Positions 41,739 through 56,458 of a stretch of DNA of 64,000 nucleotides are shown here, in pieces. The position numbers and the translations under genes were made by a program. Within the stretch, counting starts at the first letter, position 1. The number at the start of each line of letters is the position of its first letter. The DNA is from Lingula anatina (Eukaryota; Animalia; Brachiopoda), in contig CM120640.1 of NCBI GenBank assembly GCA_051362555.1, forward strand, positions 22,616,225 through 22,680,224. The letters run 5' to 3'. The notes beneath the pieces are model-generated. The model was not told the origin of the DNA. It saw only the letters and a list, made by a program, of their open reading frames with translations, and made no database searches.

Positions 41739-44700
41739 TGTATGCACATAAATATATGTTTTATATCTATTTTTAAAACTTTGGAGAGAGGGAGGGAACA
41801 AAAAATGTGCACTCTTTCCTTTGTTTAATTATTCCTTTATTGAGCACACTTGGTTTGTGTGAGCAATATTTGAAAATAATCAAATTGTTATTATGATCTT
41901 ACAGGTAATATTTGGCCGCTGGTTGATTGAAGGTTACCCAAAGGTTGTACTCTTTGACATTGGATCAGCAGCATGGAAATTAGATGAATGGAAACGTGAA
42001 ATCTGGGAATCCTGCCACATAGGTATTCCTTGGCATGACCGGGAAGCAAATGATGCTGTCATCTTAGGGGCACTGGTGGCTTGGTTTCTTGGAGAGGTAA
42101 GAAATGCTTGAGGTTTTTAAATTTTTTTTCAAAAGGTTAGGAGGAGATAACCAGTTAACAGTTTCATACATAATGCCTATTGGTCAAGTCAGACAAATCT
42201 TCCTAAGTAATCATTTTTTTTTTTGATAGTCTGAAATTAGTTGAATTTATATGCAGTTGGTTGATAACAAAAAAATTTTGGCTGCGATCTTGCACTGATA
42301 GTAATAATGAGCTCTTCAACTATTTTCTTTTTCAGTTTCGCAAGAACATAGAAGGTGTTGACCCACCTCCTCTTATCATTGCTCACTTTCACGAGTGGCT
42401 AGCTGGAATGGGTCTGGTGATGACCAGGACACGACACTTAGATGTGGCCACTGTGTTCACCACACATGCAACTCTGCTGGGAAGATACTTGTGTGCAGGA
42501 TCCACTGATTTTTATAACTCTTTGGACAAGGTATGCTGTATGGGGCATTGTATCAGGATAGTATAATTAATGAAACTGAGAGTCATGATGTGTTGATTTT
42601 TTTTAATGCTGCATTTGCAACTTTTTATGATTCTTTTAATTAAAAGTTGAATACAACATAATAAAATTTGTGAACATAAGTAGGCTGGGCTACTGGGTTT
42701 ATAGGGGAAGCTAGACTCTTATCAATGAAAAATCTTCTTTCAAGTTTGATTTGGATAAAGAAGCAGGTGATCGTGGCATATATCATCGATACTGCATGGA
42801 AAGGTCTGCAGTTCACTGTGCTCATGTGTTTACTACAGTATCACAGGTGACAGGACTTGAAGCCAACTACCTACTCAAGAGAGAACCAGGTAGGACAAGT
42901 TAATTTAGCACCCAACTGTTTCAGTGCCCATTTGTATGGAGTTTGATGGCTTATGAGTGTCCTCTTATATAAAAAGTGTTTGCATTGCAGCTCAGTTTAA
43001 AAAAATCTTTAGATCAGTCTATTAAATCTTAAGAGTTGTTGATAAAAGTTAAACAATAGAAATTGGGTAAAGGAAAAGTGCTAAGTCATCAGTTTTGAAG
43101 ATGTTAAAACACTGCAGATTCACTGGACAGAAGAGACAAGTACAGGTTTAAGTTTTTTGTCTATGCTATACTCTTGTAAAAGAGAAATTAATTTTTTTCT
43201 TTGCTTAAATTTTAGATGTAATCACCCCAAATGGACTCAATGTATACAAGTTCAGTGCCTTGCATGAGTTTCAAAACCTACATGCTAAAGCCAAGGAAAA
43301 GATCCATGATTTTGTAAGAGGACATTTTCATGGGTATGTACCACTGTTCTTTTTTTTTCTAGGCAACTTTTCATTTGTTTGCTTTCTTAGTTATAGTGCT
43401 TGGAAAATTGTATTTTTCAGTAAAGAATTAAATGAAGGCAGGGTTTATATATTCCTATCTTGTAGTGCTGCAATTTGAAAATACCAACAATAGCCTTAGG
43501 TCATAGAATTAAAACTTTGATACAAAGTAATTTTAGAAAAAAATGAAGAAAAACAATTATCAGAATTGTTTTGCAGTTTTTTACATAGTTAATAGCATAA
43601 ATGATTTATTATTGTTTTTTAGCCACTATGACTTTCAATTAGATAAGACACTTTACTTCTTCATTGCTGGCCGCTATGAGTTTTCAAACAAGGGTGCTGA
43701 TATGTTTATTGAGTCAATGGCAAGGCTAAATTATTACTTACAGGTAAGAAATAGTTATTTTTTGGGATGGGATAGTTGCTGTTTGAAAGAATGAAAGTTT
43801 GGAAATTCTATAGAAAAGGAATTTTAAAACTCATTGCTGGATTGAATAAGTTATTTTGAATTTGCAATTTGTTTAAAATCTGTCTGTATGCTGTCCTTGC
43901 TGTACAGTTTATTTCTTCAAATCTTCAGCAAGCTGGAAGTGATGTGACAGTGATAGCCTTCCTGATCTTCCCTACCAGGACCAATAACTTCAATGTGGAA
44001 TCCCTGCGAGGCCAGGCCATTGCCAAACAACTCAGAGACACTGTGCATAATGTGCAAGCCAATATAGGAAAGAGGATATTTGAAACTTGTTTACAGTAAG
44101 ATGTTAATAATGTGTGGTTTTGTTCTTCATGATTATTTTATAATAAATCTCTTTTATGTTGATGGTCATTATTTTATAAATTGATGCATCAATGGAGGTA
44201 TACCTATAGATATTTTCAGATCTCTTAAAACTCTTTAATAATGTTCCTTTTTGTGAGGCCTTTTTAAACCGTGTCAGATAAAATGTTTTGGTTGATCTTT
44301 TTTTTTTTTTTTTTTTTTTTTTTGTAGAGGTAAGATTCCCTCAGGGGAGGATGTGTTACAGCAAGAAGACATTGTGCAGTTGAAGAGATGTATATTTGCT
44401 TCTCAGGTGATTGCACCAGATAGTAAAATAAACAACTGAACCTTTAATCATGTTCTACACAGTTTTATTAAACAATATATAAGTGTAGCTCTGAGACTTT
44501 TTGGTTAAAAATGGTTTACTGTGAAGTTTTTGTTGTTTTTAAATTGAAAAATTTGCTCGTATCAACATATTGTAGTTATAAAAGATGGCTTCTAGGTCTT
44601 TAAGTTAAAACACAATCTCATTCTTAATATACAATTAACAAATTTGTACTGTCATTCTGTAACAGAGACACAGTCTTCCCCCAGTGAGCACTCACAATGT

Positions 44701-46550
44701 GGTGGATGATGGGATTGATCCTGTACTTTGTGCAATAAGGAGATGCCAACTCTTTAACAGGGGTCAAGACAGAGTTAAGGTAATCTGTAATATGTTATGT
44801 CATTTCATGCATAGATTTATTTCTCGATGATATGTGGAATTGAAATTGTGAAATATTGAGAAAACCAAGATGCATTTAATCTTAATATTTTATTAAAAAT
44901 TTTGGGGGGATAATTTTTTTGTCATTGTGAGATGAAAATATTTTCTAATAGATTATACAAAAATATTGCAGAGCCTACACAAACAGTTTGAAGTTATTTT
45001 ACCATGATTCAATTTTTACAAGTTCCACAATGACTTGTTTATTTTCATCAAAAATTTAAATAAAAAAAACATTGTTGGTACATCGAAGTGCTCTTTGAGG
45101 AAAAACCAATAACTACTTTTAAAGGAGATCAAATGATAATTGCATCCAACTTTCTTTTTCATGTAGGTTATATTTCATCCAGAGTTTCTTAGCTCTACTA
45201 GCCCTTTATTGGGAATGGACTATGAAGAATTTGTGCGTGGCTGTCATCTAGGAGTTTTCCCCTCTTATTATGAGCCCTGGGGGTACACACCAGGTGAAGT
45301 TTCCTTAATTGATAAAGGATGTCTCTTTGATAGCTCAAGTGTATTACTCTCATTACTCAGATTATCTGTTGAAATTAAGCTAATATTTTTACATTTTCAA
45401 AGTATTATTTAATTTATTTTTTTCCTCACCTCTCTAGAAAATATTTTGATAATTATTTGTATATTGTTTATTCTGTTCTTGATTATCACTTGATTTTGGT
45501 GAGCACATATGTGATGTTTTACATCGCATATTAATATATAACATGCAGAACTATCATGAACATGTCATCATACATTTGGCCTGTATGTTTTGTACTTGCT
45601 TTTTAGCTGAATGTACCGTGATGGGAATCCCAAGTGTTACCACCAACCTGTCCGGGTTTGGTTGCTTTATGGCAGAACACATTGCTGATCCAATGTCCTA
45701 TGGAGTCTATATTATAGACAGGAGAATGAAAACTGCAGAGGAATCCATCCAACAACTAGCTCAATACATGTTTGACTTTTGTCGTCTGTCACGAAGGCAG
45801 CGTATCATCCAGAGAAACAGAACTGAGAGACTGAGTGATCTTCTGGATTGGAAGAATCTAGGAATTGTAAGCATCAAAGACAGACGCACACAAGCAGGCA
45901 GTTTTTTAAATTTTGAACCTTGACATTTTTTCAATTTTGTTCTTATATTTTAGCAATGAACAAACTCAACTTTATGTGTATGCTTTGTAACTTGTTTGAT
46001 TTCTTTTTTTAGTATTATAGAAAAGCAAGAAATATGGCTTTGCAAAAACTTCATCCTGAATTGTTCCAAGAAGATCCAAATACTGTAAGTATTGCTTGAA
46101 GAGAATGACTTAAGTGTTTCGTATTACAATTTTTTTCATAAGATGCTGAAGGTGCAATAATTTTGTAATAACACAGTTTTGAAATGAGCAAAGAGTGTCA
46201 TAATTGTACCCGTAAGATTTGGTAAAATTATTTATAAGGATTCCTTGTTAAATTACATTTTATTTCTTTAAGTTGCTTGGCTTTATGCCTAGAACTAGCC
46301 ATAATGCCCTACACTACTTAGTAAATGTCGTTGACTTTTGATTAATTAAAAAATTTTCTTTTAGGGTCGTATCTTCATGCCCAGACCTGCCTCAGAACCC
46401 CCCTCTCCGTCTCACTCCCGCTCTTCCACTCCAATACCCTCAGACACAGACGAGAAAGACGATGAAGACGATGATGATGAAGATGATCATGATGATGAAG
46501 AGGAAAAAGAAATCTTGAGTAGAAAAGATGACGAAGAAGACCATTATTAA
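40671..46550 (+). CDS. GYS: Glycogen synthase (GT3 family), 14 coding exons
   Basis: Exons: 40671-40815, 41441-41622, 41905-42096, 42336-42530, 42745-42889, 43216-43333, 43623-43743, 43929-44095, 44328-44406, 44666-44779, 45167-45293, 45607-45866, 46013-46084, 46365-46550. Motifs: [49 protein letters not shown], catalytic EPWGYTPAE, Arg cluster [15 protein letters not shown], and phospho-tail [17 protein letters not shown]. Confidence 0.98.
41666..41734. repeat. (TG)n microsatellite in GYS intron 2
   Basis: Directly visible. Confidence 0.97.
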
Positions 46551-49500
46551 CGTGATGTGTGGCTTAAAAATTTGATATAACTTATAATATAGCACTCCCA
46601 TATTTTGTTTGTGCGTTTTGTTTAAGACGTAGTTATATCTCTATATGATATAATTTGAGTTCTTTGTTTTAACTGTCGAAAGATGTCACATATATACATG
46701 AATTTTATAATAAGTAGCCCAGGGAAAAACACAGTATGCTCAGTTGATATCTGTGTGCATGAGGTAATGGTGTATTAATCATTTGAGATAAAAACACTTT
46801 TGTTTATACGCTCAAACTTGTTAATTTTAGTGGTCCATCCCCAAACCTTTATTACTTTTTTCAAATATGAGGCCATAATGTATACTTAAGTTCTACAGTG
46901 GAATATATTATGTAGGTGTGTGATTAAATGTCTATTATTGCTTCTCACAGCTTACTGTGTGCTATTCTCTTCATGAAATTTCTGGTGTAAGAAGTGGGAG
47001 ATTTTACAGAATGTTAAAAGGTTAGGATGGTTGTTGATGCTTTAATAGCAATGTTTCCTGTATGATCATCTTTATTTGAAATCTTAAATTTTTACATATG
47101 ATGTACAATCAGTTTAAATGCTGCGGTGAACTCTTTGTACTAAAACATGATTTACTAAGTAGTGTAGTAATAATAATGTTGTAGGGTAGAAATGGTGTGT
47201 ACCTTATTGTGTTTTTTTCTCTTACTGAGTAAGATTTGTGTTTAACATGTGATGTTGAAAAATGCCATAGTTACTACTTCTTAGAAGTTCTTTTAAGCAT
47301 CATAACTGGGGTCGAAATGGGCAGCCTAGACTAATTTTAGCACTTAAAATATGCTAGCAGCATTGGGTCTTTTATCAGCCATTAAAGAAATGAAAATGAG
47401 ATTTCCATTATTTGATTTATCAAAGTCCAGAGTGGTCTTTTCATAGTAAGATTAAAATTTATCTTTGTACTTGAAGTGTCTTCACTGCAATACCTGGTGC
47501 ATATTTTAAAGTATGATCAAAAATTGTTTAATTTCCTAGCTTGGATGAAAAAGTTTTGATGTGTGAAAAAATGAGGAACAATAGCTTTTGCTTAATTTGC
47601 TTGTTACTAACTTGCAATTGTTGTGTGCATAGGATTGTTTCTTTTTTTCTGTAATAATGTGTTCACATATATAATTTTCTTATATTATTTTTGGATTAAG
47701 TAAAGAAAACTTATAATGGTCTTTATTATTTTATTATTTAGGATAGAACAAATTGCACATTGTCCAGAGTTCCAATTTTCCTTTTAAGTTTAAAAGGTAG
47801 ATATATTAATATTAAGGCCTGACAAGGTTTTGGAGTATTAGTTGATACTAGACTAGCCAAGGTAGAACACTAAACCTTAATATCATGTTTACTTATACTT
47901 CACTTACAATCACAGAACTGTATCATGAAAATATATTTTACAGAGTATACCAATAATAGATGTTCCTGTGTTAGAGAATTTTGAGATGAAAGTCTTTTTT
48001 CATTGTAATTTTCTCATAATATTCAGGAATATAATGATATCAGGTGCAGCAGTTTCTTATATTAACATTCTGAATTATGTACTCCATTTTGATAAGTTCA
48101 GTGAAGTGAGGCAAGAGGTGAGATAGACATTTATCAATCAATCATTTATCATCATCTAACAATTGTCAAAGTTGTGTTGTAGTTTGATACACATACTCTG
48201 GTTGTAAAAAGAAAGTTTATCAAAAATTAGTTTCTTCAGAAAAATAAAACTCAAAGAGATTCCAGGTAATCTCTGATATCTAAGATACCAGTAAATCTCT
48301 GATATTAGAACTGTAGATTTTCTTTCTCCTTACCCGTTATGTACTGCCAGATGTACATCTTGAAACAAGTCTGAAAAGATGCACAACGCAATAAATGTGG
48401 CATATGCACTATATATAACGTGCCAAATGTGTTCAAAGAAAAATGAAGAAAGTTATTTAGATTGTTTCATTTTTATTTGCTTAAACCAGTTTGGTTAAAA
48501 AGTACTAGGTAAGTATTATAACCATAAGTTTCAACTTTTAACTCCTAAACAGAGTGCCGCAAACCACTCAAGAGTTGTTGAGACTTCTGAGACACGAGTT
48601 AATGTACACACTGGGACTAGACATAATTTAGTGGTAGTGTAGCTGATAATGCTTAAGTCATCCTGTTAACGTGGTAGTTGTGTTTTAAAAGAAAAGTCTC
48701 CACAGTTGACAATCTTGTCCAGGCTGTAATGCTGACTATTTACCATTATTAGACATCATATCTAGCTTCATTTTAAAAAAAAAATGGACTGGAGTCCTGA
48801 ATAATACATACTATCAGGATGTTTGATAAGTGTGGAAAATATTTTTTATTTCTGAAGGTTGAAACTTGGCTGCGTATTGTTTCAAATGCTGATTTTTCAA
48901 ATACATTTATAGACTTTAGCAAGCTCACTTTCCATGTTTAATAGGTTAATTGTTATTCTTAAAAGAAACAGGTTTGTGTTATCAAGTATGAAGGATTTTT
49001 GCCAAATAGTTATGTATACATATATATAAATCTATAGATCTATGCTTAAACAAGGGATGGTTTTTATATATATTTAAAATGGAAAAACTACTTGATATTT
49101 GTTGAATTAGCAATTTCCACTAGGTACATTATATGCCAGTTGCTACCAAAACATTTTAGTTCTGTACAGTACTCTGGTTCAGATGCACCACAAATGCAAA
49201 TCACTCCTTATATACACGAGGCCTGTTTTAACTGGCATTTGCTCACATATGCACATGAACATTTAGCATAGGACACAGCAATGACAATTGCTAGCAAACA
49301 GTTGCCTCCTGAAACTGGTCCTTATTTTATATTATGCATGGTATTAAATATGTATCACTAATAGATATGAAATAGAATTGCAATGCCCTGTAAGAGTTAT
49401 ACACAGTATTCCCATGTATGATTATTAAAGGTTGGTCGTAAACATGCCAAATGCCTTTGCCATTTGTGTACGAAGTCTTATGGATTTTACATAACAGCAG

Positions 49501-50418
49501 TTTTATTACAAACAAAATTGTAATAAAAGATTCTAATGCAAAGTGCAAAAATATTTATACTTTGATTTTTGATTATATTTTATGCAGAATGCTGTATACT
49601 TTGAGCATTGGAACTTTATCTTACAGCTAATTGAGAAAATGAACACTAACACATTTATAATTTTTTTTTTTTTTTTTTTTTTGTAAACTTCATTTTGTGG
49701 AGTTTTGAAAAGCATTTAAATGATGGAACTTGAAACCAGAAATTGCCTGCAGTAGACCAGGCTAAGCTAGAACCCAAACACTGGCAGAATGCTTTGAAAA
49801 AAAATTTAATACAATTTTTTTAAACAGTTAGATTCTGTTACCCCATATAAACCATTGTCCCAGAACTACCCATAACTGAATATTATTTATGAATGAAGCA
49901 CATCATGTTCGCCATGATTTGCAACTGACAAGTAGAACAGATACTGGGACATGCACGCGTTGGGTTCAACAACTGGTGAAAAGAAGCAATTCACATTCTA
50001 AATCAACCTGACCTCCAGCTACGAAAACCTGAAAGAGTAACCCCATTACAACCAAAAGAAAATAATTTGATTATGCACAAATTTCAATAATCTTTTCACC
50101 CCAATTCTTCTATCACAGAAAAAGCATCTGGTCAAGTTGCAGACAAGTAATGCTTTAAAAACTACAAGCTGGCTACATTCAGATAAAAATGCCAAATCGC
50201 ACTATCCCAAAAGGTTATATATAACAATGTCACTGAGCAAAACTGCAGTTAGAGAGATTTGGTTAGTTTTTCACTTCTTTCTTCAGTGATAAAAAACTGA
50301 TATATTGCTTGCATGTAACGTAAAACTTGGATATTGCACATAATTTCCATAAGGCGAAGCAGTTGATTTCAATTTCTTATAATAATTTATAAGAAAATGC
50401 AACAATTATTAAAATCAT

Positions 50419-53076
50419 TCATCCCAACAAGTCATCAATATCAGTTTTAGATAACTGACTTGTTTGTTTTGGAGGCTGTTGGAAACCCATTGAAGATGGC
50501 TGATGCATTCCAACATTCCCCATCATGCCAGTCTGAGTAAATCCAGTCTGGTTGCCTTGGAAGCTCATATAATTCTGATTTCCCAACATTCCTTGCTGCA
50601 TATTATGCTGTCCCATCATTCCCTGCTGCATACTTCTTCCCATCATTCCCTGCTGCATACTCAAGTTTTGCTGTCCCATCATTGTCCCACCTGTCTGCTG
50701 TTGCATTTGATTCATTGGTATCTTTTGCTGACTGGCTGGCAGTGGCAAAATATTATCAAACGCAGACATATTAGCAGTTTTTGGCTGGGCAGTGCCCATC
50801 CCCATACTGCCCATTCCATAACTTCCTGACTGTGAAACTGATGAAAAATTCCCATAACTGCTTGATTGAGCAGGTGAAGACATTCCAAAACTGCTTAATT
50901 TTGGGTTCACACCTTGATTACTAACACTGTAATTTGTATTTTGAGCAGTTTGACCAAATCCATAATTTTGACCTGGAGCACTGCTATAGGCTGAAGTCTG
51001 TGGTTTGCCCTGCTGCAAGCCACTTAAATTTGAAGACAGTAGAGATGCTGTCAAGTCCTTGCTCTGTGCCTTGCCACTAGACTGAGAGACACTACCAGCA
51101 GATCCTGAAGCCACCAAGGGTTTTTGTGACTTAAATCTCTGTTGCTGTTCTTGTTCCCGAGCAAGTCTCTGTTTTTCTTCAATTGTCAAAGATACCTAAA
51201 ATATAAATAATAAAATCATACCATTTTTAAATACTACAATAAATTGATGGTATTCTGAAAATGTTAGTTAATCAATGTTTTCTTTGTTAGTGAATCAGTT
51301 TTCTTTGTTACTCATCAGTACAAACAAACATTCAACAAACATTATTAGCCAATACTCATCACAAATGAACATATATCCACACGTGCAGTTTTATAACTAC
51401 ATGTACTACATGTCCACAAGTTAATACTTATGCATGTCTGCTCATGGAAGTGCTGTCACAGACTCATCAAGAATTGTCTATTTTTTAAAATTACCTGACA
51501 TCCTCATCATGCCAAATTTTGCAATGGACATTAAATAAACTGCAATATGTATTATCTGTATAAACACCTACTTTAGCTTGGTGTTTGGGTACAGCGGCAG
51601 CACTGGAGGTACCCTGGGAGACTGGAGGAGATGAATAATGTGCACTACTACTATTGGACCTTGGAACATCTTCAGTCTTTGCAACACTTTTACCAGTGAA
51701 AAAGCTCCCCAGACCGAACCCAGTGATAAATTTATCCATCTGAAAACAGTGAAAAAAACAATCAAACAAGTCAGGTAGACTGTCTCACCATTGTTAAGCT
51801 ACATTCATTTATAATACAATTTTACAACAATGTCCCTACTGTCATATGGACTTGAAATTGTTTGAGCCATTTGAAATTAAAAAATGCATCCAGTAACATA
51901 TCATTAAAGGGATAATAACTCTTCGTATGAGATCTATATTTCACAATAAAAACATTGTGAATAACTCATAGAAATATAATATATTCTGTTTTACCACAAA
52001 AACAGCAGTTAAAGCTATTATTCTAATATCTGAGCTTGTCTTTAGACCACGTGACCTCCATTGATGGCTATACTCTGTTATAATCTCTTAAGAGATTTTA
52101 ACAAAAAACCAAACTTTTTAGAAAAAAACCAGGGACTAACTTTGAATGTAAAAATGGATTCATTAACCATTGGTAAGTATGGGAAAATTGTTTACTCCAG
52201 GAAAATTCATTTTTTGGCCGAAACGAAGAGTTATTATCCCTTTAATGAATTATTGATGTACTACCATAGATTCCTGTTTCAAATCTCCAGCACTTCCAGT
52301 ACTTTGTCCATTTTGCTCCATTTCACTGAACTGAAGGGTTCTAGATATAAAACAATAAAATCAAAATAAATTAGCACAGAAAGCTCATTACATCTTTCCA
52401 CATATTTTGTTTAACATGTGTACATGTTTAACTTATATCAATTTATTATACTTAATAACATCAATCATACTGTTAATAATTTGTTTGATTTAAACTTTCA
52501 ATATCTTATCTACTGCAATATTTTCCTAGTGCTCTCTTACTTTTGTTCTTCTTTCATTGCATTCAACTGCTCCAGTTTTGCCCTCTGTTCCATCTCAATG
52601 CTGGACAGCATCTCTTTGATAACACCCATGTATGCATTGAACTACAATACCAGAGTTTAAATGTAGTAAATGTGACGCAATGGCAATATTATTCTTATTG
52701 AGGTTATCTGGAAACACCATAGAAGGTCGACCTATAATTAACATTAAAATTTAAAAAAAATGAAATGTTACCTGATGAAGATTGAGGCTATTTTCCATGG
52801 AAAGTGGAATGATGAAAGGCAAAACCTTATGGGACAATATTTCCTTAGTAATACCCAATTTCTTATGGGTCAAAGCAACCTGATAAATGCCTGAAAATAA
52901 AGAAATGAGAATCAAAGCCTATAAAAAATCTTTTTAAATTTTGCATCTTGATCATGTACTTGTTTAGACCTTCAAGTGAGGACAGTTTACCCATATTAAA
53001 ATCTTATCAAAATAAACAGTACAGTTTACTTAGGGTTGATATTGAAAATTATCAAATAAATAAAAGCCAAAATATT

Positions 53077-53136
<60 letters not shown>

Positions 53137-56100
53137 TTCAAATGAGTCAATACAAAATCACACAAAAAAATTATTCAATATCTCACCATGCCAATACATA
53201 CCAAGAACGCTCATTAATACTGCAGGTTCTTTGGAAGGGATCTGAGGCAACATAGGCAACAGGTCATCCAGGACCGTCCACTTGTCCATGTATTCCATCA
53301 GCTTGCCCAAACAAAGCAGGCAGCTCACACGTACCTTTGGAAAGAAAAGAACACCTGACAATATATAATTAAGCATCTATCTTGTCAAATTTTGTTTATG
53401 ATGTCATATGTGTTCCGAATTATTTTTTGATTTATAATACAAGATTCAACTGAATGTCAAATTTTAAACCAATCATTAAAGCAAAATATTTCCAATAAGA
53501 TAATGAAAAATGAAAATAAAATAATCCGATGCAATTTTTTTTTTCTAAAATACTCACAGATAAACTAGATGTTGATAAGGTAGTTTTCTTAATTCTTGGC
53601 ATTACTGCATTCTTCAGAGAACTAAATTCAATCAAATTGGCAAATGTGGGAAGGATGTTGAGGCACAGTTCCTGTAAATTTTATGAATAATAGTTTTATA
53701 AAAGATATAAAGGATATAAAGGATGGGATTCCTTACAACAACAACAACAACAACAATATTAGTACAAAATCTGATAAACAAATTCTTCAGATTTTAGGTG
53801 ATTTTTAAAAAATGTCATGCAAAAGCAGTCAAAATCTAATAGTTTAATTTGCTTACATTTCATTCATGAATGTCTGGGTTTTTTTTTTTTTTTTCAAATT
53901 AGATTACTTTCAGTGGATAATAAATCTAAATTAACCCAACACAACATGGCAGGAAAGATGCCAGCTTTTTTTTACCTGTATCTGTGGAGAATTATTCTCC
54001 AATGCCCCATACAACATGGGTAAAACATAAGCCTTAATATCACCAGATGGGGTTTTGCTCAACAGAAGATTCATGTTTTGGAGGAATAACAAAGTGACCT
54101 GAAAATCCATATTTAAAACCATAATTATTAAAATTTGTAATTTTATTATAAGTATGGTATAAAATTCACAGCAAGATGAAATCAAATTGTCTTTGGACAA
54201 CATCAAAAATTACAGTGAGTGAAGAGCTGAGTTTATTAATTACTGTTGGGTAGGACTTACTAAGTGTGTGTGTATGCATGTCTGCATGTGTGCTTGCGTG
54301 CATCCATGCGTGAGCATGTGTGTGTGTATATGCAGACAAATGGACTACACATGTACCTGCATAGGTTCCTTGATCTTAAAAAGTGGAATCAACTGTGGTA
54401 GAATGTGCTTCACATATTCCTGGTCAGAGGCTTGTTCAGCTATCAGGAGAATACTGGGAAGGAGGAATGGAACCATTTCAGGGTTCACCACTTCCTTGTA
54501 TAAACAAGGAAGGATACGCTGGAGTGATACGCGCTAAAATACAAAATTTATAAATAAAACTAATTAAAAAAGGATGCATTCATGGCATGCTTTGACTAAT
54601 ATGCATGCACTATATAGTATCGTACTCTGCTGAACTGTATGATTTCTCTTCGGTACCTACACACCAATATTATCCTCAAGACAAGTATACAATGTGCACT
54701 GATTCATATTTATTTAAACCCCTTACACATTCCTCACCTTTGGCATTTTGGCAATGATCTTCGGTAATCCTTTGAAGAAATGGGACTTCTGCAGATTGTC
54801 CCTTTGAAAAAGGTTGTCTAAATACTGCAGAGTCATGCAGCCTACATCTTCAAAGAATGGAATCTGATGGAAAAAAGACCAAATGCTCCAGTAACTAAAG
54901 ATGACTGATTGTTGCAGTGCCAATATCAGTATCAATACAGATATAAATTTAAGTAAAGCACATTTCTTTTTAGAATTACAGACTCTTAAAACTTTCTCAA
55001 AAGATAACATGCTGGTCTATCAAATCAATTAAGGATGGAGGTCAAACGTAATGAGGCAATGGGACATATTGAAAACCCACCTTCACTAACTGATCAGCAT
55101 CGGGTCTCAGGGCTGGTTCAACATTGAGCAACATCTTCACATGTTCTCGCACCTCTTCTGGAACACAGCCTAATGTTGTGATCTTCAGGTCTCGAAGCTG
55201 AAGCAGATGGGAACATTCTGCACCATAATCCAACAACACATCACAAATATAATTGCATTTCAAATCACTAGCTTTCTACGATCAACCAATCGGAATCTCT
55301 GTCCATTTTAATGTATTTTCAAAACAAAAAATATCTGGTATCTGCAATAAAATTTTCCCTTTTAGTCATGCATTTGGGGCCTAAGTGAAAAGGGGAAAAG
55401 CATTAAATTTGTTCAATACAAATGGATAGAAACAACTAATTATCAAAACAGAGTGACTTACAAGTGTAATAAATGCCATACCTCAATGATATTCTTTTTA
55501 TACACAGACCACTGACTGCTACACTCAAACAAAGGCCTGCCTTTGTTAAAAAGAGTATACATGAGTATGCCCACTGAGTACATGTCACTGGTACTGTCAC
55601 ATGTCATGGTAATCCCATACTCTGGGGCCAGGTACTCCAGTCTGGGCTGGATCATAGGGGGAATATCTGGGTTCCACTCCACAAAGTTGAACATTGCCTA
55701 CAATAAAATGGGTTGTCCTATGCAATATCAATTGTTTTTTTTTTTTTCATCAAAATAAATGTATATGGTTTTCGTCTTAAGCTAATATCTCAATAAGTTT
55801 TATATGCCAAAATTGTACATTCAAATGAGCTTTAATCTATGTGATATTATTTTACATCTACACTAACTAATATACACTTCTGGAATCATTTTCTCTAACA
55901 CATTAACCTCAAATATTTGAAATTATTTGACTCAGTGAAAGGCTTTAGTGACCTTTTATAACGTTTTTGCAATAAAAATAATAGTAATCAATATGTTTAA
56001 ATGCTGATATAAAAAGGCTTTATCTAAACATCTAATTTGTTTTTGTGCAGCTTGAATTCTTGGACATACTGCCTGATCTTGAGGATTTGAGCTTGTCACA

Positions 56101-56407
56101 CACATGTCGAATCCTGCTATCTTCCAAACACCATCTTTGTTGATATAAATGGAATCTGGGCATATGTTTCTGTGTAGGATCTTGGCGTCATTGTGGAGAA
56201 ATGCCAAACCTTCTGTCAGCTTCAGGAAACGAAGAAAATTATTTACATTTCAGTAGCTATTATCTGAACCATGGTATGTTGTAATAAGATGACCATTAAA
56301 ATATCAATGAAATATTAGTATAAATATAATATTGTATAATAAATATAATATATTCTGGTGCAATCTATTGTATGTATTCTTTTGTCTTTCACCCCCTGAG
56401 GTGGGAA

Positions 56408-56458
<51 letters not shown>

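Noticed and set aside
41595-41828. His/Thr- or Cys/Val-repeat proteins (also at 5683 and 60508-61002)
   Set aside because: Translations of (CA/TG)n microsatellites
50503-50829. His-rich 108-aa ORF on the + strand
   Set aside because: Antisense reading of the Met-rich SCYL2 tail (ATG reads as CAT)
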